32,993 nt of DNA from the NCBI GenBank assembly GCA_964406835.1, contig CAYOTH010000001.1, positions 1 through 32,993 on the forward strand. The letters are read 5' to 3'. Source of the DNA: an uncultured Oscillospiraceae bacterium. GTDB taxonomy: Bacteria > Bacillota > Clostridia > Christensenellales > Aristaeellaceae. Each line of letters starts with the position of its first letter. The first letter of the stretch is position 1. The notes below the pieces were generated by a model. It ran no database searches, was not told where the DNA came from, and worked only from the letters and a program-made list of their open reading frames with translations. Positions 9,889 through 18,488 of this stretch are shown in pieces. The translations under genes and the position numbers were made by a program.

Positions 9889-10865
9889 GGATCGGCTCGA
9901 TTGAGATTCCGGCAGGCGCGGGGCTGGCCCCCATGGCGGGCGTGACCGATATGCCCATGCGGCGGCTGTGCTTTGAAACGGGGGCGGCCTGGGCGGTGAG
10001 CGAAATGCTTTCGGCCAAGGGCTATATGTACGCGCCCAAGGGGACGAGAGCCATGGATGCGTTGCTTTGTCATGATGCGAGCGAGGGCATATTGGGGCTT
10101 CAGCTCTTTGGACGCGAGGAAGAGTATATGCGCGCGGCCGCAGAACGCCTTTCTGAGGCGGGGTTTGATTTTATCGACATCAACATGGGCTGCCCTGCGC
10201 CGAAGATTGTTTCAAACGGCGAGGGCTCGGCGCTGATGCGGGAGCCTGAGCTGGCCGAAAGGATTATTGCGGCCACAGTGAAGGGTGCGCGTTTGCCGGT
10301 GACGGTCAAGATTCGCGCGGGCTGGGACGCCGAGCACATCAACGCCGTCGAGGTCGCCCAGCGCGCCGAGCAGGCCGGGGCGGCGGCCATTACGATTCAC
10401 GGCAGAACGCGCGAGCAGATGTATTCCGGTCGGGCTGACCGAAAGATTATTGCGCGGGTCAAGGCGGCGGTGAGCATTCCGGTCATCGGCAATGGCGATG
10501 TGCGCAGCGCCGCCGATTATCAGGCGATGAAGCGCGAAACCGGCTGTGATGCCGTGGCCATAGGGCGCGGCGCACAGGGAAATCCATGGGTGTTTGCGGA
10601 GATTCGCGCCATGGAGCGCGGCGAGCCAGTCGCGCCGGTGACGATGAAACAGCGCGTGGAGACGGCGCTTCGTCATGCGGCCCTGCAGGCGGATTATGTG
10701 GGGGAAAGTGTGGCGGCGCGGGAAATGCGTAAGCATGTCACCTGGTACATGCAGGGGATGCCTGGCTGCGCAAGACTGCGCGAGGCGATCAACAAAACGC
10801 AGACGCTGGAGGACATGATGCTCGTGTTGGACGGCTATCTGGCCGAACATGGCGGTGGCGCGTAA
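9885..10865 (+). CDS. dusB: tRNA-dihydrouridine synthase
   Basis: Contains LAPMAGVTDMPMRRLC, FDFIDINMGCPAPKIV, VTVKIRAGWD and ITIHGRTREQMYSG, the Dus-family FMN/TIM-barrel motifs. Confidence 0.88.
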   Translation: MRIGSIEIPAGAGLAPMAGVTDMPMRRLCFETGAAWAVSEMLSAKGYMYAPKGTRAMDALLCHDASEGILGLQLFGREEEYMRAAAERLSEAGFDFIDINMGCPAPKIVSNGEGSALMREPELAERIIAATVKGARLPVTVKIRAGWDAEHINAVEVAQRAEQAGAAAITIHGRTREQMYSGRADRKIIARVKAAVSIPVIGNGDVRSAADYQAMKRETGCDAVAIGRGAQGNPWVFAEIRAMERGEPVAPVTMKQRVETALRHAALQADYVGESVAAREMRKHVTWYMQGMPGCARLREAINKTQTLEDMMLVLDGYLAEHGGGA

Positions 10866-10967
10866 AACGGCTACAAGGTTTCATGTAGGAAAGTATAAAG
10901 AAAAGCCCTGCCGAGCCGAAAGGCTGCGGGGCAAAGCGGACTGGCCGTGGGCCGGGGGAGGAAACGT

Positions 10968-12491
10968 ATGCGCAAAAACGGGCGTGAACAAAGGAAGATG
11001 TGGGTACGCGTTATGGCGGTGGCGCTGGCGGCGCTGCTGCTGATCGGCACGCTGGTGTCGGTACTGCCCATCTTCGAAGCCTTTGCCGAGGAGGAGACCG
11101 TCAATCGATATGAATTGTCGATTGCGGCCGATCCTTCGGCGGGCGCCGCGCGCGTGAGCGAAACGCTGACCTATACCAACACGGCGGGACGAACGCTGGA
11201 TCATGTGATGTTTAACCTCTGGGCCAATCTTTTGCGGCGCGAGGACGCCATACCCGTGGATGACGACGAATGGAACGACGCCTTTCCGGCGGGTTATGCC
11301 CCGGGAGGCGTCGATTTTATCCGTGTGCGCGTCAATGGCGAGGCGGCGGAGTGGGCTGTCAGCGGGGATTACGAGCAGTTTCTGCGCGTGGCCTGCGCGC
11401 TGGCGCCGGGCGAAAGCGCCGTGTTCGAATTCGACATGACGCTGCTGCTCAGCGAAAACAACTGGGCGCTGGGATACGGCGAGGTGGGCTGGCGGCTGCT
11501 GAGCTTTTACCCGACGGCGGCGGTATACGATCAGGCCATCGAGGGCTTTGTGCTCAATAACTGGGGGGTGGCGATTGACCCGGCGATGAGCGATCTGGCC
11601 GATTACACGGTGACGCTGGCGCTGCCGGAGGGCTGGCTGGCGGCTTCGAGCGGCGCGGTCATATCCGAGGAGAAGCGCGCGGACGGCGTGGTTGTTTACA
11701 CGATCGAGGCGCAGGGCGTGCGGGATATGGCGCTGGCGATCAGTCGCCGGATGAACGCCTGCGAGCGGACGCTGGATTCGGGCGTGATGATTCGCGCGAT
11801 GGCTACGACACTTTTAACGGCGCAGGCGCTGGCTGATTATGCCGCGGACATCCTGACGCAGTACGAAAAATGGCTGGGCGATTACCCCTATGCCACGCTG
11901 GATATTGCCGAAAGCGACGTTTTGCATGGCCTTAGCCGATCGGGTCTTATTCTGGTGCCGGAGGAAGACTGCGCGCTGCTGCGGCGGGACGATCTAAAGG
12001 AAGACATGAGGGTTCTGTGCGCGCGGCAGTGGTTTGGCGGCGCGGTGGGCAGTAATCCGGAGAACGAGCCCTGGATGCGGGACACGCTCTCTGAGTATCT
12101 GTCGCTGCTGTATTATGAGGAGAGCGAGGGCTACAACGCCTATTTAAAGCGCCTCAACGAGCGGGTGCTTGGGGCCTTGCAGGTGACGCTGCCCGGCGGA
12201 TTGAGCGTGGATAGCTATGCCAGCCGCTTTACTGATTATGACGAATACGAGATCGTCGTGATCGAGCGGGGTATGGCCGTGCTGCACGAAATGCGCACGC
12301 TGACCGGGCGGGAGGCGTTTATCGATTCGCTGGCGCGCTACGTTGCGGACAACGCGGGGCAGGTGGCCTCGATTGCGCAGTTCGTCGCGGCGTTTAATGA
12401 GACGACCGGCTCGCGCTGGGACGAGTATCTCGTGGCGCAGATGCACGATATCGACGACTATGTGAACATCAACTTGACGTGGTTTGAATGA
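10968..12491 (+). CDS. Membrane-anchored M1 (aminopeptidase N)-like protein with degenerate active-site motifs
   Basis: Start after GGGGGAGG, with an N-terminal TM. The region YPYATLDIAESDVLHGLSRSGLIL...VLCARQWFGG...PWMRDTLSEY lines up by eye with M1 motifs (GAMEN, HEXXH-QWFG, WLNEGFA). GAMEN appears as GLSRS and HEXXH as VLCAR. Confidence 0.55.
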   Translation: MRKNGREQRKMWVRVMAVALAALLLIGTLVSVLPIFEAFAEEETVNRYELSIAADPSAGAARVSETLTYTNTAGRTLDHVMFNLWANLLRREDAIPVDDDEWNDAFPAGYAPGGVDFIRVRVNGEAAEWAVSGDYEQFLRVACALAPGESAVFEFDMTLLLSENNWALGYGEVGWRLLSFYPTAAVYDQAIEGFVLNNWGVAIDPAMSDLADYTVTLALPEGWLAASSGAVISEEKRADGVVVYTIEAQGVRDMALAISRRMNACERTLDSGVMIRAMATTLLTAQALADYAADILTQYEKWLGDYPYATLDIAESDVLHGLSRSGLILVPEEDCALLRRDDLKEDMRVLCARQWFGGAVGSNPENEPWMRDTLSEYLSLLYYEESEGYNAYLKRLNERVLGALQVTLPGGLSVDSYASRFTDYDEYEIVVIERGMAVLHEMRTLTGREAFIDSLARYVADNAGQVASIAQFVAAFNETTGSRWDEYLVAQMHDIDDYVNINLTWFE

Positions 12492-12506
12492 GGGGAGGAA
12501 CGCGGT

Positions 12507-13412
12507 GTGCTGGATGTCTGTCTGCTGGGCTGCGGCGGCATGATGCCTTTGCCGGGGCGCTGGCTGACGGCGCTGATGATGCGCTATAACGGAAAGAGCA
12601 TACTGATCGACTGCGGCGAAGGCACGCAGATCGCCATCCGTGAAAAGGGCTGGGGCATGAAGGCCATCGACGTGATCGCCATCACGCACCTTCACGCCGA
12701 CCACATCGGCGGGCTGCCGGGGCTGTTGCTCTCCATGGGCCACTCGGGGCGCACGGAACCGCTGACGATGATCGGCCCGGCGCGGCTCGGCGAAACAGTG
12801 GCGGCGCTGCGCTCGATTGCGCCGGAGATTCCCTTCCCAATTGAGTTTAAGCTGGTCACCGGCGCGGAGGAGGCGTTCGATCTGGGCGGCTGCACGCTTC
12901 GGGCATTTCGCGTGGCGCACGGTATGCCCTGCTACGGCTATTCGTTGGAGATTCCGCGCGCAGGGCGCTTTGACCCGGAAAAGGCGCGCGATATTCCGAA
13001 AATTTACTGGAAAAGTCTTCAAAAAGGTGAAACCGTTTCCATAGGCGAGCACGTCTATCATCCGGAGGATGTGCTTGGCCCGCAGCGGCCGGGCTTGAAG
13101 GTGACCTACTGCACCGACAGCCGCCCGCTTCCGGTTATTGCCCGGCAGGCGCAGGGAGCCGATCTGTTCATCTGCGAGGGCATGTACGGCGACCCGGCCA
13201 AGCAGGACAAGGCCGAGGAGAACATGCACATGACCTTCGAGGAAGCCGCCACGCTGGCAGCGCAGGCCCAGCCGCGCGCGTTCTGGCTGACGCACTACAG
13301 CCCGTCGCTGAGCGACCCGGCGGAATACATCGACCGGGCGTGTGCGATCTTCCCGGCGAGCGAGGCAGGAAGCAACGCCAAGAGCCTTACGCTGCGCTTT
13401 GAGGAGCGGTGA
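12507..13412 (+). CDS. rnz: Ribonuclease Z (metallo-beta-lactamase fold tRNA 3' endonuclease)
   Basis: Contains LLGCGGMMPLPGRWLTALMM...ILIDCGEGTQ...ITHLHADHIGGLPGLL, the HxHxDH motif in RNase Z context. GTG start. Confidence 0.85.
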   Translation: MLDVCLLGCGGMMPLPGRWLTALMMRYNGKSILIDCGEGTQIAIREKGWGMKAIDVIAITHLHADHIGGLPGLLLSMGHSGRTEPLTMIGPARLGETVAALRSIAPEIPFPIEFKLVTGAEEAFDLGGCTLRAFRVAHGMPCYGYSLEIPRAGRFDPEKARDIPKIYWKSLQKGETVSIGEHVYHPEDVLGPQRPGLKVTYCTDSRPLPVIARQAQGADLFICEGMYGDPAKQDKAEENMHMTFEEAATLAAQAQPRAFWLTHYSPSLSDPAEYIDRACAIFPASEAGSNAKSLTLRFEER

Positions 13413-13549
13413 AGGCTATTAAGAATCCGCTAAGATTAGAATGCGAGCGAGATGCCGAAATAAAGTCATGACAGATATGACAATTTTGTGACGGTGGGCT
13501 ATCGGCGCGCGCTTTGGCATAAAGTTATGAATGGAAGAGGTGATAACTC

Positions 13550-14518
13550 ATGACGCTGCCCGTGCTCTACATCGTCGTGCCGTGCTACAACGAGGAGGCC
13601 GTGCTTCCGGTCACAAGTTCCCTGTTTCTGGAGGAGATCAACGAGCTGGCCGCGAAGGGGAAGATCAGCCCCGAGAGCCGCGTGCTGTTTGTGGACGACG
13701 GCAGCCGCGATTCGACGTGGGCGGTTATTTCCCGGCTGGCAGAGGAGAACCTACATTATACAGGCATTCGCCAGAGCCGCAACCGCGGCCACCAGAACGC
13801 CGTCTACGCCGGACTGATGGAGGCGCGCACCCACTGCGATATTTCCATCAGCATTGACTGCGATGGGCAGGACGACATTCACGCTATGGAGGCCATGGTG
13901 GACGCCTACCACGACGGCTGCGAAATCGTCTACGGCGTGCGCACCAGCCGCGAAAGCGATACCTTTTTCAAGCGCGCCACTGCCGAGGGCTATTACAAGC
14001 TCCTGCGCCTCATGGGCGTGGACGTGGTGTTCAATCATGCCGATTACCGACTGATGAGCCGCCGCGCGCTGGACGAGCTGGCCGGTTTTCGCGAGGTCAA
14101 CTTGTACCTGCGCGGCATGGTCCCGCTGATCGGCTTTAAGAGCACATGTGTGGGCTATGAGCGGCACGAACGGCTGGCGGGCAAGAGCCATTATCCGCTG
14201 GGGCGCATGATCGCGCTGGCCTTTGACGGCATCAGCAGCATGTCCATCAAGCCCATGCGCCTGATTTTCGGGGCAGGCGTGTTCTTCTTTCTGCTCAGTC
14301 TGCTGGGCATACTCTGGTCGCTCGTGACGGAAATCACCGGCCACAGCGTTCCCGGCTGGGCCAGCACGGCCTGCATCGTGCTGCTGATGGGCGGCATACA
14401 ATCGCTGTTCATGGGCGTGATTGGCGAGTACGTCGGCAAGATTTACCTCGAAGTGAAAAACCGACCCCGGTATATTATCAGCGAACGCACCGAGGAAAGG
14501 CGAGGCGATGAGCGCTAA
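13550..14518 (+). CDS. Family 2 glycosyltransferase, GtrB/CsbB-like polyprenol-phosphate hexosyltransferase
   Basis: Contains IVVPCYNEE...FVDDGSRDST...QSRNRGHQNAVYAGL...IDCDGQDD plus two C-terminal TMs, the typical GtrB architecture. Confidence 0.85.
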   Translation: MTLPVLYIVVPCYNEEAVLPVTSSLFLEEINELAAKGKISPESRVLFVDDGSRDSTWAVISRLAEENLHYTGIRQSRNRGHQNAVYAGLMEARTHCDISISIDCDGQDDIHAMEAMVDAYHDGCEIVYGVRTSRESDTFFKRATAEGYYKLLRLMGVDVVFNHADYRLMSRRALDELAGFREVNLYLRGMVPLIGFKSTCVGYERHERLAGKSHYPLGRMIALAFDGISSMSIKPMRLIFGAGVFFFLLSLLGILWSLVTEITGHSVPGWASTACIVLLMGGIQSLFMGVIGEYVGKIYLEVKNRPRYIISERTEERRGDER

Positions 14519-14591
14519 AGCCCCGATTTCTAAAACCCTATTAGCAAATACTTTAAATATAAAATACACATATGAAAGGTGAGAAGTCCTC

Positions 14592-14620
14592 TTGACAAAT
14601 AATGTTATGAAGTATATAAT
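14592..14620 (+). promoter_or_regulatory. Consensus sigma-A promoter in an AT-rich intergenic island upstream of the sipW locus
   Basis: TTGACA (14592-14597), exactly 17 nt, then TATAAT (14615-14620). It lies about 50 nt upstream of the sipW ATG. Confidence 0.55.
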
Positions 14621-14668
14621 GGATGACGAAAAGAACGAACGGCGGCCGAGCCGCGAGCGGGGTGCGGT

Positions 14669-15283
14669 ATGAAAGTTTTTCGGAAGATCTGGGGTATCGT
14701 GACCACGCTGGCCGTGATCGTCGTTGTGGCGCTGGCCGTGCTGCTGGCCGGTGTGCGTGTTGTGGGGCTGACGCCTTATGCCGTGCTTTCCGGCTCGATG
14801 GAGCCGACGTACCATGTCGGCTCGCTGATCTACGTGCGCGATGTGGCGCCCGAGGATATCCAAATCGGCGATCCGATCACCTTCGTGGTCAACGAGGATC
14901 TGCTGGTGGCCACGCACCGCGTGGTGGATATCGCCGTGGAGACCACCAAGACGGAGACCGTTGCCAACGAGGAAACCGGCGAAGAGACAACCGTCGAGGT
15001 TCCGCTCGACGAACCGGCGTACTATTTCCAGACGAAGGGCGACGCCAACGACGAGGTTGACGGCTCGGCGGTTTACTACAAGAACCTGGTCGGCCGCCCG
15101 GTCTTCTCGATTCCCTATCTGGGCTACCTCTCAAGCGCCCTGCAAACGCGCCGGGGCATGATTCTGGGGATTACTGCGGCGCTGGTGCTGATGCTCATGC
15201 TCTTCATGCCGGATATTCTCCGCGCGGCGGACGAATCTGACCGCAAGAAGGCCCAGAAGAAGGCCGACGCCCCCAAGGACTGA
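14669..15283 (+). CDS. sipW: Signal peptidase I, SipW/ER-type (S26B)
   Basis: N-terminal TM, then VLSGSMEPTYHVGSLIYV (catalytic Ser box), ATHRVV (His box) and KGDANDEVD. A C-terminal TM is present. There is an acidic Thr/Glu-rich insertion between the boxes. Confidence 0.85.
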   Translation: MKVFRKIWGIVTTLAVIVVVALAVLLAGVRVVGLTPYAVLSGSMEPTYHVGSLIYVRDVAPEDIQIGDPITFVVNEDLLVATHRVVDIAVETTKTETVANEETGEETTVEVPLDEPAYYFQTKGDANDEVDGSAVYYKNLVGRPVFSIPYLGYLSSALQTRRGMILGITAALVLMLMLFMPDILRAADESDRKKAQKKADAPKD

Positions 15284-15351
15284 TGTAAGGCCAAGAACGG
15301 CATTGCATAATTTTTTCCGATGACCCGAAGAGGGAGAAGGAGGACAAGATC

Positions 15352-16014
15352 ATGAAGAAGACCCGCAAGATTCTGGCGATGGCCGCCTGTGCCGTGCTGC
15401 TGGTGAGCATCAGCATCGGCGCGACCGTGGCCTACCTGACGAGCACCGCTGAGGTTCAGAACACCTTTACCGTCGGTAAGGTTGCGATTACTCTGGATGA
15501 GGCGAAAGTTGGCAATGACGGTAAGGCGCTGACTGGCGAGAATGCTGATCGTGTGAAGGAAAACAGCTATCACCTGTATCCTGGTCATGATTACGATAAG
15601 GATCCTACTGTGACCGTTAAGCAGGGCAGCGATGCGTCGTATATCAAGCTGGTCGTTACGGTCAACAAGAAGAAAGAACTGGATGCGATTTTCACAGCTT
15701 TGGCCAAAGAGACTCCCGCCATTAAGCTGACGGATGTTGTTCTTGGCTATGATTCGAACCAGTGGGTGTTGAAGTCGAATACCTATGACGATACCGAGAA
15801 TACTCGCACCTACGAGTTCTGGTACAAGGACATTGTTGCTGCGCCGAGCACCGACGTGAAGCTGGAAGCGCTCTTTGATCAGATCAAGGTTCCGGGATGC
15901 ATCACGAGCAAGCAGCTTGCGACCATTTCTGATTTAAGCATCAATATCACCGCGCACGCCATTCAGGCTGACGGCTTCAAGGATGCTACGGCTGCCTGGG
16001 ATGCATATAAGTAA
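15352..16014 (+). CDS. SipW-dependent-type signal peptide protein, TasA/camelysin-like (paralogue 1)
   Basis: N-terminus MKKTRKILAMAACAVLLVSISIGATVAYLTSTAEVQNTFTVGKVAITLDE, compare B. subtilis TasA ...GGGTWAAFND...ATFASGTLDL. Good RBS (GAAGGAGG). Confidence 0.8.
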   Translation: MKKTRKILAMAACAVLLVSISIGATVAYLTSTAEVQNTFTVGKVAITLDEAKVGNDGKALTGENADRVKENSYHLYPGHDYDKDPTVTVKQGSDASYIKLVVTVNKKKELDAIFTALAKETPAIKLTDVVLGYDSNQWVLKSNTYDDTENTRTYEFWYKDIVAAPSTDVKLEALFDQIKVPGCITSKQLATISDLSINITAHAIQADGFKDATAAWDAYK

Positions 16015-16090
16015 CCCCGGGGTTTACGCCTAAGCCCACACCACATCGAAGGAACACGGAGGCGGGCTTCGATCGGCTTCCGTTTTCCCT

Positions 16091-16130
16091 GCCGGGGCAA
16101 AGTCTCACCGCCTAGCCCCGGCTTTATATT
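16091..16130 (+). terminator. GC-rich hairpin plus T-rich tail after paralogue 1 (possible partial terminator)
   Basis: gccggggc / 16-nt loop / gccccggc, followed by tttatatt. Confidence 0.4.
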
Positions 16131-16154
16131 GATTATTGACAGGAGGTACGGACC

Positions 16155-16838
16155 GTGAAGAAGACGATGAAGCGTGTGCTGCCCGTGCTGGCGCTGGTGC
16201 TGGTTGTCGCGGTGGCCTCTGTCGGCGGCACGATCGCGTGGCTGACGGATAAGACGGGTGAAGTGAAGAACACCTTTACGGTGGGTAATATTGACATTGA
16301 TCTGTATGAGACGAAGAAACCGGATGGTACGGACATCGAGAATCAAGATGGTTCGTTGGGGCGTGTCGAGGACTGGAACGCCAAGCTGATTCCGGGCAAC
16401 AAGTATGCGAAGAACCCCATCGTGACTGTGAAGGCCAACAGTGAAGATTGCTATCTGTTTGTTAAGTTCGAGGAAAACAATAATCCTTCGAATTACCTGA
16501 CCTACACTTCGACTCTAACCGTTGCTAATGGTTGGACTCAGGGTAATGGCACTACTATTCCGGCGAACGTCTGGTATCGTACGGTTTTTACTAGTAACAT
16601 TGATCAATCTTGGTATCTGCTGAAGGGCGAAGAGCTGAACGCTGACAGCACCAACGCGGCCTATGTCAATGGTTTTGTGACGGTTAAGGATGATCTGCTC
16701 AAGGCTGGCTCGACGGGCGAGAATGTTATTGTTATGCCTGCCGCCGACAAAGTGCCTGAACTGAAGTACACCGCTTACGCCATTCAGCATGCGAACATGA
16801 CGGACGCGGTTGACGCTTGGAACAAGGTCAAAGATTAA
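16155..16838 (+). CDS. SipW-dependent-type signal peptide protein, TasA/camelysin-like (paralogue 2)
   Basis: N-terminus MKKTMKRVLPVLALVLVVAVASVGGTIAWLTDKTGEVKNTFTVGNIDIDLYE. GTG start 8 nt after AGGAGG. Confidence 0.8.
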   Translation: MKKTMKRVLPVLALVLVVAVASVGGTIAWLTDKTGEVKNTFTVGNIDIDLYETKKPDGTDIENQDGSLGRVEDWNAKLIPGNKYAKNPIVTVKANSEDCYLFVKFEENNNPSNYLTYTSTLTVANGWTQGNGTTIPANVWYRTVFTSNIDQSWYLLKGEELNADSTNAAYVNGFVTVKDDLLKAGSTGENVIVMPAADKVPELKYTAYAIQHANMTDAVDAWNKVKD

Positions 16839-16920
16839 TCCCCCGGTTCCCACATCCCCGCGAGAGGAGCGGCGGGTGTAGAGAATTGAATAACACCCCA
16901 AGGGAAAGGAAGTAACTCTC

Positions 16921-17736
16921 ATGACTAAGAAGAAGATCCTCGTTCTTGCGATGTCCCTCGCCATGGTGGCCATCCTGGCGGTCGGCGGTTCTCTGGCGTA
17001 CTTCACGGATACGGATAACGCGACCAACACCTTTGCGGTCGGCAACGTGACGATTGACCTGATCGAGAAGGAGCGCGGCGAGAAGGAAGGAAAGGTCGTT
17101 CTGGTTGACTTCAATCAGAACAAGAAGCTCTACCCGATCGTCGGCTCCGCGCAGGGCGAGAAGGACGAGCTTGGTCTGCCCAAGGCCAAGAACTATGTTG
17201 ACAAGGTTGTTACCGTGGAGAACACCGGCTCCGAGGCCGCTTACATCCGCGCCTACTTCGCCATTCCCTCCGCGCTGGATGACGGCTATGACACCTTCAA
17301 TGCGGGTAAGAATACGCTGCACTTCAACTTCGGCACCAAGATGGTGGACGGCAAGGCTGTCAGCACCGATGGTAAGGACTGGATTTGGAAGCAGAGCAAC
17401 GGCAAGTGGAACTACTTCGAGACCACCATTGAAGGCATCGCTTACAACGTTTACTTTGCTGACTACAAGACCGCCGTGGCTGCTGGTGGGATAACCGAGC
17501 GTCTGCTCGACGGTGTCTATCTGGACAAGACCTTCGACTATGCTGATGGAGATTACTATGCCTTTGGTTCGGCGCTGACTCTGGACAAGGATTGGAACTG
17601 GAACGAAGTGAAGTGCCCGGTCTATGCTGTGGCTGTTCAGGCTGCCGGCTTCGACAATGCTTCCGCTGCCATCAACGAGGCTCTTGGCAATCAGTACAAC
17701 CCCTGGGGGGGCGGCGCTGTGACCAACTGGCAGTAA
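16921..17736 (+). CDS. SipW-dependent-type signal peptide protein, TasA/camelysin-like (paralogue 3)
   Basis: N-terminus MTKKKILVLAMSLAMVAILAVGGSLAYFTDTDNATNTFAVGNVTIDLIE, and later YVDKVVTVENTGSEAAYIRAYF. Confidence 0.8.
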   Translation: MTKKKILVLAMSLAMVAILAVGGSLAYFTDTDNATNTFAVGNVTIDLIEKERGEKEGKVVLVDFNQNKKLYPIVGSAQGEKDELGLPKAKNYVDKVVTVENTGSEAAYIRAYFAIPSALDDGYDTFNAGKNTLHFNFGTKMVDGKAVSTDGKDWIWKQSNGKWNYFETTIEGIAYNVYFADYKTAVAAGGITERLLDGVYLDKTFDYADGDYYAFGSALTLDKDWNWNEVKCPVYAVAVQAAGFDNASAAINEALGNQYNPWGGGAVTNWQ

Positions 17737-17763
17737 TTTAATCTCATTCTTAGTAAGATTCCC

Positions 17764-17836
17764 GGCCTGCCCCTCATTTTGAGAGGCAGGCCATACGGGG
17801 ATATTCGGCGAAACGTGGAATCTCCCCGTATGGCCT
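17764..17836 (+). other. Two overlapping strong hairpins in the paralogue 3 / paralogue 4 intergenic region
   Basis: Hairpin 1: ggcctgcccctc (17764-17775) pairs with gagaggcaggcc (17781-17792), one mismatch. Hairpin 2: aggccatacgggga (17788-17801) pairs with tccccgtatggcct (17823-17836), perfect 14 bp. The arms share 17788-17792. No U-tract. Confidence 0.4.
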
Positions 17837-17915
17837 GATTGAAGGCCGCAACAAAAGCAACCTTGGCCCCAAGAGGCCTTCCTATAACGGTATTTTGAAA
17901 GGAGACGACCCAACC

Positions 17916-18473
17916 ATGACTAAGCGTAAGATCTTCCTGCTGGCCATCCTCGTGTGCTGTGTGGCGCTGACCGCCGCCGGAACGCTGGCCTATTTCAGTG
18001 CCGAAGAAACGGCCTATAACGTGATCACCACCGGTAAGTTAGATATGACCATGCACGAAGAGACGACAGGCGGCCTGCCCTTCCCGAAGGACGGCGTTTC
18101 CGGCGTGATGCCCGGCCAGCTCGTGGACAAGGTCGTTTATATCGAAAACACCGGCACGACCGATTTCTACGCGCGCATTTCGCTCGAAATGAGCATCCTC
18201 AGCGCGGACGGCAAGCCGATGGACACGGGCGTCATGGCGCTGGACATCAACACCGAGGCCTGGACGAAGAAGGGCGATTACTACTATTACAACACCGCCC
18301 TCAAGCCCGGCGAAAAGACCGCGCCGCTGTTCAAGGTCGTCACCTTCGATGCCGACATGGGCAACGAATACATGAATTGCAAGGCGAATATCGTCGTCTC
18401 CGCTCAGTCCGTCCAGAGCCGCAACAACGGCGAAACCGTCTTTGACGCGCAGGGCTGGCCGGAAACCAAGTAA
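17916..18473 (+). CDS. SipW-dependent-type signal peptide protein, TasA/camelysin-like (paralogue 4)
   Basis: N-terminus MTKRKIFLLAILVCCVALTAAGTLAYFSAEETAYNVITTGKLDMTMHEE, and later VMPGQLVDKVVYIENTGTTDFYARISLE. Confidence 0.75.
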   Translation: MTKRKIFLLAILVCCVALTAAGTLAYFSAEETAYNVITTGKLDMTMHEETTGGLPFPKDGVSGVMPGQLVDKVVYIENTGTTDFYARISLEMSILSADGKPMDTGVMALDINTEAWTKKGDYYYYNTALKPGEKTAPLFKVVTFDADMGNEYMNCKANIVVSAQSVQSRNNGETVFDAQGWPETK

Positions 18474-18488
18474 TAAGGGGGAACGGAC

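Noticed and set aside
10900-10935. Imperfect hairpin after dusB (gccctgccgagcc gaaa ggctgcggggc) as a terminator
   Set aside because: The stem has an internal mismatch region and no downstream U-tract, which is too weak to call.
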